From Vicinamibacterales bacterium (GTDB taxonomy: Bacteria; Acidobacteriota; Vicinamibacteria; Vicinamibacterales; JAMQPK01): a stretch of 64,000 nucleotides of DNA. Shown here one piece after another: positions 32,285-40,457 of the stretch (positions within the stretch are counted from its first letter, which is position 1; every line of letters begins with the position of its first letter). The notes below the pieces were generated by a model, which made no database searches, was not told the DNA's origin, and saw only the letters and a program-made list of their open reading frames with translations. The position numbers and the translations under genes are program-made. The stretch is from contig CAVVBP010000007.1 in the NCBI GenBank assembly GCA_963746535.1, forward strand, positions 684,149 through 748,148. Reading direction: 5' to 3'.

Positions 32285-33680
32285 CGCATCGTTGGTGGCA
32301 CAGCGCTTTAGCGCTGTCATCCAACTTGCGCGCGATTTTTCGCCGCGGGTCGAAACGCATGGCGATCGGACGGTCACGCTCGACATCAGCGGGTTGGGCA
32401 GCCTCATCGGCGAGCCCCGGGCGATCGGCGAAGAGCTGCGTCGCGCTGCGGCCGATGCGGGCCTGCGCGTGCACGTGGCCGTCGCCGCGACGTCAACCGC
32501 CGCGATGCTCCTCGCCCACGGCCGCGCGGGGTTAACGGTGGTGGCACCGGGCGACGAAGCCAGAGCGATCGCGCCGCTGCCGATCGATTTACTCGATCGC
32601 CTTGAAAGGCCCATCGCATCCGCCTTCGCTCGCCAGGAACCTAACGAGCTTCGGCGCGACAAGCCCATCGCACCTAACTTAAGGCGTTGGGGCCTCAAGA
32701 CGCTCGGCGATCTGGCGGCGCTGCCATCGAGCGAACTCTCCGCGCGCCTCGGGCAAGCCGGGCTTCGCTGGCAGAAGTGGGCGCGTGGCGACGAGATGCG
32801 GCCCCTGGTGCCCGCCGGCGCGACAGAGCAGTTCGAAGAGGCGCTCGATCTCGAATGGCCCATCGAGGGGCTCGAGCCGTTGTCGTTCGTGCTCGCACGG
32901 CTGCTCGATCCGTTGTGCGATCGGCTGGAACGCCGCGATCGCGGTGCCGTCGCGCTGCGCGTCACGTTGAAACTGGTGTCATCCGCGCTGCACGAGCGCG
33001 TCGTCGAGCTGCCGGCGCCGATGCGCGACGCGCGTGTGCTGCGCACGCTCGCGCTGCTCGATCTCGAGTCGAATCCGCCGTCCGAAGCGATCGATCGCGT
33101 GGCCATTGCGGTCGACGTCACCGAAGGGCGTGTGCTGCAGTTCGGGTTGTTCGCCCGCGCGCTGCCGGCCGACACGCTCGCGACGCTCATGGCCCGCCTC
33201 GGCGCGCTCATGGGCGCGGATCGTGTGGGCGCGCCGGCGCTGGTCGACACCTATCGTCCGGGGGCGTTCGCCATGGCGAAGTTCGATCCTCCGGCAAATG
33301 ACTCCGGGAGCCTTTTTCCCAGCCATCACCTGAAAAAGGCTCCCGGAGTCTTGTGTGTGCGGCGATTCCGCAGCCCTATCCCGGCGCGTGTCGCGCTCGA
33401 ACACGGCCGGCCCGTTCGCGTGACCACCGATCGCCGGGGATTTGGCGGCGGCGGCGTCGAGCGCGCGGAAGGCCCCTGGCGATCGTCCGGCGACTGGTGG
33501 CGGGCGTCCGCCTTCGCTCGCCAAGAACCTAACGAGCTTCGGCGCGACAAGCCTCTCGCACCTAGATTTGGTCCTTGGAACTGCGATGAATGGGATGTGG
33601 CCTTGCGCGACGGAACGACGTATCGGATCTCACACGCGCTCGATTCGGACGCGTGGTTTGTTGAGGGCCTAATGGACTAA
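32250..33680 (+). CDS. imuB: ImuB-like Y-family-polymerase-related protein
   Basis: 476 aa. The N-terminus MFACLYLPP...FSPRVETHGDRTVTLDISGLGSLIG...LRVHVAVAATSTAAMLLA is typical of ImuB. It overlaps imuA by 35 nt and precedes dnaE2. Confidence 0.85.
   Translation: MFACLYLPPPANASLVAQRFSAVIQLARDFSPRVETHGDRTVTLDISGLGSLIGEPRAIGEELRRAAADAGLRVHVAVAATSTAAMLLAHGRAGLTVVAPGDEARAIAPLPIDLLDRLERPIASAFARQEPNELRRDKPIAPNLRRWGLKTLGDLAALPSSELSARLGQAGLRWQKWARGDEMRPLVPAGATEQFEEALDLEWPIEGLEPLSFVLARLLDPLCDRLERRDRGAVALRVTLKLVSSALHERVVELPAPMRDARVLRTLALLDLESNPPSEAIDRVAIAVDVTEGRVLQFGLFARALPADTLATLMARLGALMGADRVGAPALVDTYRPGAFAMAKFDPPANDSGSLFPSHHLKKAPGVLCVRRFRSPIPARVALEHGRPVRVTTDRRGFGGGGVERAEGPWRSSGDWWRASAFARQEPNELRRDKPLAPRFGPWNCDEWDVALRDGTTYRISHALDSDAWFVEGLMD
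32619..32676 (+). repeat. 58-nt direct repeat, copy 1, in frame inside imuB
   Basis: tccgccttcgctcgccaggaacctaacgagcttcggcgcgacaagcccatcgcaccta. It encodes SAFARQEPNELRRDKPIAP and sits at codon phase 0 relative to the imuB start. Confidence 0.9.
33507..33564 (+). repeat. 58-nt direct repeat, copy 2, in frame inside imuB
   Basis: It differs from copy 1 at 3 positions by eye. It has the same codon phase and encodes SAFARQEPNELRRDKPLAP. Confidence 0.9.
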
Positions 33681-33686
33681 CGCAGC

Positions 33687-33799
33687 ATTGGGAGATTGGG
33701 GGATTGGTAGATTGCGAGATTGTTGGCAGTAATCTCACAATCGTCATTCATCAATCCAACAACAATCTCTCAATCTCTCCAATCTACCAATCTTCCAAT
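33687..33799. repeat. Long imperfect hairpin (GATTGG/GAGATTG octamer family) filling the imuB-dnaE2 intergenic gap
   Basis: The left arm 33687..33725 equals the reverse complement of the 3-prime 39 nt (33761..33799) of the right-arm tract 33757..33799 at 33 of 39 positions (hand alignment). It ends 7 nt before the dnaE2 ATG. Confidence 0.85.
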
Positions 33800-33805
33800 G
33801 TTCAT

Positions 33806-36800
33806 ATGTACATTGAGCTTCATACCGCGTCGGCTTTCAGTTTTTTAGAAGCCGCATCCTTACCCGAGGCACTCGTCGACCAGGCCGCGCGCTTCGGGTA
33901 TCCAGCCATCGCGCTGCTCGATCGCGATGGCGTGTACGGCGCTCCACGTTTTCACCGCGCCGCATCAGCCGCCGGCATCAAGGCCCTCATCGGCGCCGAG
34001 CTCACGCTGAACCCCACGAACCCCACGAACTCTACGAACCCACGAACCCACGAACCCACGAACCTATTGCGTCTTCCTGTCCTCGTGGAATCCGCGGAAG
34101 GCTACCGAAACCTCTGCAGGCTCGTCACCCGCATGAAAATGCGCGCGCCGAAAGGTGAGGGGGCGCTCGCACTCGACGAGCTCGACGGGCAGACACGCGG
34201 GCTCGTCGCGCTCGCCGGACGCGAGCTGCTGGGGTTCGACGACGTTACGGCGTCGGCGGCCTCATCGATCCGCTCGTCGGGTTGTTCGGGCGCGACCATG
34301 TGTATGTGGAGCTGCAGCGCCATTTCCTGCGCGACGAAGAGGCCGACAACCGCGCGCTGGTCGATCTCGCCGGCGGCGTTTCACGTGCCGCTCGTCGCGA
34401 CCAACGGCGTGCGGTTCGCGGAGCCGCGCGAGCGTCCGTTGTTCGACGTGCTCACGTGCATCCGCCACAAGACGAACCTCGCGCAGGCGGGCCGGAAGCT
34501 GGCGCGCAATGCCGAGCGCTACCTGAAGCCGCCCGAAGAGATGGCGCGGCTGTTTCGCGATCTGGCCCGCGGCGGTGACGTCGACCGAGGCGCTGGCCGA
34601 ACGGCTGCGAATACACGATGGCCGATCTCGGCTATCGCTTTCCCGACTATCCCGTGCCGCCGGGCGAGACGCACGCCTCGTTTCTCCGCAAGCTCACCGA
34701 CCTGGGCGCGCGCGAGCGCTACCGGCCGTATCACGACCGCGCCCGCGCGCAGATCGCGCGCGAGCTCGATCTCATCGAGCGGCTCGATCTCGCCGGCTAC
34801 TTCCTCATCGTCTGGGACATCGTCAATTTCTGCCGGCAGCAACGACATCCTCGTGCAGGGACGCGGGTCGGCCGCCAACAGCGCCGTCTGCTACAGCCTT
34901 GGCATCACGGCCGTCGATCCGGTCGGGATGGATCTGCTGTTCGAGCGGTTTCTCTCGGAAGAGCGCGGCGAGTGGCCCGACATCGATCTCGATTTGCCGA
35001 GCGGCGATCGGCGCGAGCGGGTGATTCAGCACGTCTACGAAAAATACGGGCGGCTCGGCGCGGCGATGACGGCCAACGTCATCACCTATCGCGGCCGGAG
35101 CGCGGCGCGCGAAGTCGGGAAGGTGCTCGGCATCGACACCGGCGCAGGTCGATCGGCTGGCGAAGGTCATGAGCCAGTTCGAGTTCGTCGATCCGGCCGA
35201 CACGCTGCGGACGCGGCATGGTCGATGCCGGCTGCGAGCTCGATCATCCGACGTTCCGATTGTTCGCCGAGCTCTGGCACGCGCATGCAGGATCTGCCGC
35301 GCCATCTCGGCCAGCACTCCGGCGGCATGGTGATTTGCCAGGGACGGCTCGACAGCGTCGTGCCGCTCGAAAACGCGAGCATGCCCGGCCGCGTCGTGCG
35401 TGCAGTGGGACAAGGACGACTGCGCCGACATGGGCATCGTCAAAGTGGATCTGCTCGGCCTCGGCATGATGGCCGTGCTGCAGGACGCCATCGACTGTGA
35501 ACTCTGGTCGGGACGATCGGACCATGATCCCGGCCACAGATCCTGACCGTCGATCTCGCGCATTTGCCGCCCGACGATCCCGCCGTGTACTCGCATGCTG
35601 CAGGAGGCCGACACCATCGGCGTCTTCCAGGTGGAATCGCGCGCGCAGATGGCGACGCTGCCGCGGCTGCATCCCGAGCGTTTCTACGATCTCGTCGTCG
35701 AGGTGGCCATCATCCGGCCCGGGCCGATCGTCGGCAACATGGTGCATCCCTATTTGAATCGGCGCGCCGGACGCGAGCCGGTGACGCTACGCGCATCCGT
35801 CGCTCGAGCCGATTCTCGACGCGCACGCTCGGCGTGCCGCTGTTTCAGGAGCAGCTGCTGCGCATGGCGATGGTCACCGCCGGCTTCACGCGGCGGCCAG
35901 GCCGAAGAGTTGCGGCGCGCGCTCGGGCTTCAAGCGATCCGAAAAGCGCATGAAGCAGGTGGAGGTGAAGCTGCGCGAGGGCATGGCGCAGCAACGGCAT
36001 TACGGGCGAGGTCGCCGATCAGATCATCTCGTCGATCACCGCGTTTGCGCTGTACGGATTTCCCGAGTCGCACGCCGCCAGCTTCGCGCTGCTGGCGTAT
36101 GCGAGCGCGTATTTGAAAGCGCATTTCCCGGCGGCGTTCTACACGGCGCTGCTCAACAACCAGCCGATGGGTTTTTATCATCCGGCCACGCTCGTCAAGG
36201 ACGCGCAGCGCCGCGGCGTGCGCTTTGCCAGCATCGACGTGCAGCACTCGGACTGGCACTGCCGGGTCGATACGGACGGCTCGATGCGATTGGGGCTTCG
36301 CTACGTGTCCGGGCTTCGCGAGGAGGTCGGACGCGTCATCGAAAAATCCGGGATTAGGGATCGGGGATTAGGGATTGGTTCTGTCACGGGTACCACACGT
36401 GTGTGCCCCAAATGCGGATGCGATGATGAGTCGATGATCGAGACCGTAAGCGCAGGCTCGTATTTCTGCAATACCTGCTCGCACGATTGGACCGTCCCAG
36501 CGCAACCGACATTGCCAATGGAGCCACCACTACGATTCAAATCCGTCGACGATCTCGTCAACCGAACCGGGCATTCGCCGTGAGGAACTTCAGACACTCG
36601 CCGACATCGGCGCGTTCGCCTCTTTCGGTTACGAACGCCGCGAGGCTCTGTGGCAAATTGAAAAATCCATCCGGCCTGCGGGTGAACTTTTCCAGCAGGA
36701 CGAAGCGGGACACGCGTCACAGAACCAATCCCTAGTCCCCAATCCCCAATCCCTGGAAGCGGAGCATTGTCCATTGCCGGCGATGTCGGCCGAAGAGCGT

Positions 36801-37200
36801 CTGGCGGCCGATTACGCCGGTACTCATCTCACCATCGGTCCCCACCCGATGGCCATGCGCCGTTCCGAACTGGCGATGCGCGGCGTGCTGCGCGCCGTCG
36901 ATCTGCCGCACGCGCGCAACGGCCGGCGCATTCGCGTGGCCGGCAGCGTCATCACGCGGCAGCGTCCGGGCACCGCCAAGGGATTCGTCTTTCTCACGCT
37001 CGAAGACGAGACCGGCATCGCCAACATCATCGTGCGGCCCGATTTGTTCGATCGCGAACCGTCTGACGATCCTCGAGCAGCCATTCCTGCTCGTCGATGG
37101 CATCCTGCAGAATCAGGAAGGCGTGACGTCCGTCAAAGCCGAACGGTTACACGCGCTGGCGAACGCCGCCATTGCGATCGATTCACACGATTTTTATTAG
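33806..37200 (+). pseudogene. dnaE2: Error-prone DNA polymerase DnaE2 (Pol III alpha family), interrupted by more than ten frameshifts and carrying repeat and zinc-ribbon insertions
   Basis: ATG 33806 gives MYIELHTASAFSFLEAASLPEALVDQAARFGYPAIALLDRDGVYGAPRF (PHP domain). Further conserved blocks are spread over track ORFs 33704..35500, 34282..34578, 34575..35024, 34618..35172, 35595..36116 ([21 protein letters not shown]), 35564..35953, 35950..36357, 36113..36583 and 36774..37211 (OB fold: RIRVAGSVITRQRPGTAKGFVFLTLEDETG). The stop TAG lies at 37198..37200. Confidence 0.9.
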
Positions 37201-37223
37201 GCGCTTCTTAGAAAGATGTAGCA

Positions 37224-37441
37224 GATCGCAACACTTGGGTTGCCGTCGCTGCCGCGCGAATCCGAAGCTCCGGGGCCGGACGCGCGCTGCGAGGCTGACT
37301 GAGGCCGCTCGACGCGAGGACACCAACTTCGCCATTCATCCTCGCTCGATTCCCACAAGCTTCTCGCGCGGTCAGGTGTCAGACGTCGGCCGCCTGCGCA
37401 CGGCTTCGCGCCGCAGCAACGCCAACCCAAATGTTGCGGTC
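37224..37441. repeat. 218-nt element bounded by 35-nt terminal inverted repeats (MITE-like or long structured RNA)
   Basis: 37224..37258 (gatcgcaacacttgggttgccgtcgctgccgcgcg) matches the reverse complement of 37407..37441 at 30 of 35 positions by eye. It lies directly downstream of dnaE2. No ORF is credible inside. Confidence 0.7.
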
Positions 37442-37538
37442 CGCTTTTCTTGAAAAGATCTAGTCTTTTGGTCTTCTGATCTTCTGTTTATCTGCGTGGC
37501 CAGTGACGTATCCTGTACACAGGAACAAGGGGCCAATC

Positions 37539-38150
37539 ATGAAATCCCACATCGTCTTGACACTCGCAGCCGTTTTCAGCGCCGGGGCGCTCGTGCGCGC
37601 GCAGGAACCGGTGAGCCCGCAGAACCACTTCGACGCGGGCCGTTACGAAGACGCGGCCAACGCCATCACCGCGCAGCCCGAGCCGCCGCCGGATGCGATC
37701 TATCTGGCGGGACGCAGCTATGTCCATCTGAGCCGCCTCGACGATGCCAGGGCGCAGTTCGGACGACTGTCGGCCGGCGTGGATCCACCGACGCCCTGGT
37801 CGCTCGTTGGAGAATCCGCGCTCGCGCTTGTCGACGCGAACCCTGGTTTGGCGGTCGAGAAGGCGTCTCAGGCGGTCGCGTTGTCACCGGATCAGTTTCA
37901 TCCCAACTATCAGCTCGGGCTGGCACACAGCGCGGCCGAGCAGTGGGAACCGGCGGCGGCGGCCTTCGAGAAGGCCACGGCGATCGATCCCGCCTTCGCC
38001 TACGCGCACTACTACGCGGGCCTGGCGTATTCGCGGCTCCAGCAGCTCGATCGAATGGCGACGCACCTCGAATATTTCCTGAAGCTGGCGCCGAACGCAC
38101 CCGAGCGTCCCGCCGTGATGGCGCTCATGCAGGCTATGCGAGGACGGTAG
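37539..38150 (+). CDS. Secreted TPR-repeat protein
   Basis: In-frame ATG 37539 in track ORF 37503..38150, with an AAGGGG Shine-Dalgarno-like motif upstream. It has a signal peptide (MKSHIVLTLAAVFSAGALVRA). TPR-like repeats are present (YQLGLAHSAAEQWEPAAAAFEKATAIDPAFAYAHYYAGLAYSRL). Confidence 0.75.
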   Translation: MKSHIVLTLAAVFSAGALVRAQEPVSPQNHFDAGRYEDAANAITAQPEPPPDAIYLAGRSYVHLSRLDDARAQFGRLSAGVDPPTPWSLVGESALALVDANPGLAVEKASQAVALSPDQFHPNYQLGLAHSAAEQWEPAAAAFEKATAIDPAFAYAHYYAGLAYSRLQQLDRMATHLEYFLKLAPNAPERPAVMALMQAMRGR

Positions 38151-38158
38151 CGTTGAGG

Positions 38159-38182
38159 AATCTAGAAACTAGTTTTTAGATT
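38159..38182. repeat. 24-nt near-perfect palindrome (AATCTAGAAACTA family) between convergent genes
   Basis: aatctagaaactagtttttagatt equals its own reverse complement at 22 of 24 positions. Related tracts lie at 54215..54257. Confidence 0.8.
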
Positions 38183-38194
38183 TTAGTTACAGCG

Positions 38195-40457
38195 TCAGAA
38201 CGCGTGCCCGATGCCGAAGTACCACCGGCCGGTGGTTCGGCTTCGACGGCTCGTCAGCGGGACGCCGAAATCGATTCGCAGCAGGGCAAACGGCGAGTTG
38301 ATGCGGATGCCCCCGCCGGCGCCCGCTTGAAGGTCTGTGAGCGAGAAGTCGCTGGCCTTGGGAAAGATGTTGCCGGCATCCACGAACGCGACGCCGTGCA
38401 CCCATCCGAACAGGAACATCCGCGCTTCCTGGTTGAGAATCAGCATGCCGTTCCCACCCCTGGCGTCGCCGAAGACATCGACGGCGCCGAGGCTGTCTTC
38501 GGCGAAGCCCCGCACGCTCGTGCCTCCTCCGGCGTAGAAGCGCTCGCTGGGAATCAGATCCTGTTCGAACCCGCGGCCAAACCCGAGCCTTGCGGCCGAC
38601 GCCAGCACGAGGCGGCGATGCACCTGCCGGTAGTAGTGCTGCTGTGCCAGGTACCGGACGAAGCGCAAATCCGAGCCGAGAGCCTTCGTGCCCAGCTCGA
38701 CGCCCGACGAGTGGAACCAGCCATCCTGCGGTGCGATCGGATCGTTTCGCCTGTCCCACGCATACGTGCCTGTCAGCCGCGCGACCTTGGCTTGCAGCTC
38801 CAGGGGCGGAATGCCGGGCAGGGGATCGGGCTCGAAGATGTGCGTCCGTGTATAGTCGTAGCCATAGGTGACCCCCATCTTCGGCGACAGCGCAACCCTC
38901 TGCTCGGCGGTGATGCCCGATTCGTCTTCGACGAACGGTGTCGCCCCTTCGGGGGTGAAGTCTTCGCGCGATTTCGTCGCGAACAGGTTCGTCGTCACCG
39001 GCAGGCCGAAGAATCGCGGGAGCGAGAGGACGCCGCGCAGCAGGCGGCGGTCCGCCTCGATCTGCGCGGCCGCGCCGGCCGAGATCGCCTGCCCGAACAG
39101 GTTGCGCCGCAGAAAATCGACGACGAGCGCCGGGCGCAGCTCGCGGTCGAATTCGACCGGCGTGATCGTATCGTTCACTCTGAACCCGTAGCGGAGCCGA
39201 TACGGCGCGAGCTCCTGCAGCGTCACCTCGGCGCGCACGCGCTCCACTCGGCCGCCTGGGTCTGTCTCGAACGGGACGAGCGCGATATCGGCCGTTCGAA
39301 ACGCGCTTGTGTCGTACAGACGCGTTTCGGCGCGGAGGAACTCGGCCTGATTGACAGGCTGCCCGATCTCGACGTCGAGCGCCCGATCGATGACGCCACG
39401 ACGGGTGATCTCCGCGCCCTTGACGTCGAGACCGGCGAGCACCTGCTGAACCCCTTCGTTGACAACGAGCACGAGATCCACCGAGGCGCGCGCGGCATCG
39501 ATCGCCGGCGTCACGGTCACGCGCACGTTGTTGTATCCCTCGCGGAGGTAATCGACTTCGACGGCCCGCCGTGATGGCTCGAGTGCCGCCGGTTGGTACG
39601 CCGATCCGGCCGCGACGCCGAACGCGGCGGCGATCTGATCGCGGGAACGCGCCTGTGCCCCCTGCACGTCGAGGCGGGCCACCGTGTACTGCCGGCCCTC
39701 GCTGATCTGCACCGGCAGCTCGGCCGACCGGCCCTTGAAGATAGCTGGCTGCACCTTGGCGGACGCGTCGAGGTATCCGCGCAGTCGATACTGCTGTTCG
39801 ACGGCGGCCTGGAGAACAGACGGGTCCTGCCAGCTCGACGCGTCAAGAGCGCGCGTGCGAACGAGGGCTTCGAGCGTTGACGCCGACAGCGCCTGCTGGC
39901 CCGAGAAGACGATCCGCCGATCGGTGAATCGGGCGCCCGGATCGATGCGGACGGCGATTTCCTTCAGCGCGGCGTCCGGTTCGGAGACGACCATCGCCCG
40001 AACGTCGGCGCGGAGATATCCGTCGCCTGTGAGAGATTCCTTCGCCATCGCCGCGAGATCGTCCAGCAGGAAGTCGTCGAACACGGCCCAGACCCACGCG
40101 TCTTCCATCCGTTCGACAAGGGCCCCCGGGAGTGGATGCCCATCGATCGTCAGCTTCGTCTGTGGGCCGCGTTCGATGTCGGTACTCGAGAGCCACACCG
40201 GATTGTCCGGTTGGCACAGCCGTTCGCCGTGCCGCGATCCGCGCTTCGAGAAACGCCCGTTCGTGGTAGAAGCGCTGCAGACGGTCACGATCCTGTTGCC
40301 AGCGGTAGAAATCGAACCGCTCGCCTGTCTTCAAATGGAGTTGCCGGCGAATGTCTTCGACCGGATAGCCCGGGCTCCCGCTGATGCGCACGTCCGTGAC
40401 ACGTTCGAGGGAACGCTCGGCGGTCTCCGATCGCGGCGAAGACGAGCCGGATCCTCC
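38195..40457 (-). CDS. Omp85-family protein (TamA/BamA-like POTRA repeats plus 16-strand-type barrel), continuous in frame with the upstream TamB-like ORF; one frame change near 40195..40200
   Basis: The barrel and POTRA regions lie in track ORF 38195..40288, ending ...GRWYFGIGHAF. The first POTRA (LERVTDVRISGSPGYPVEDIRRQLHLKTGERFDFYRWQQDRDRLQRFYHERAFLEARI) is encoded in the TamB frame (track ORF 39843..45014). It has no signal peptide and no separate start. Confidence 0.8.

Noticed and set aside
36349-36756. Intein or MITE inserted in dnaE2 (segment bounded by inverted repeats)
   Set aside because: The bounded segment contains native, conserved DnaE2 sequence (FKSVDDL...LADIGAFASFGYERREALW). 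It lacks intein splicing motifs. Only the zinc-ribbon part looks inserted.
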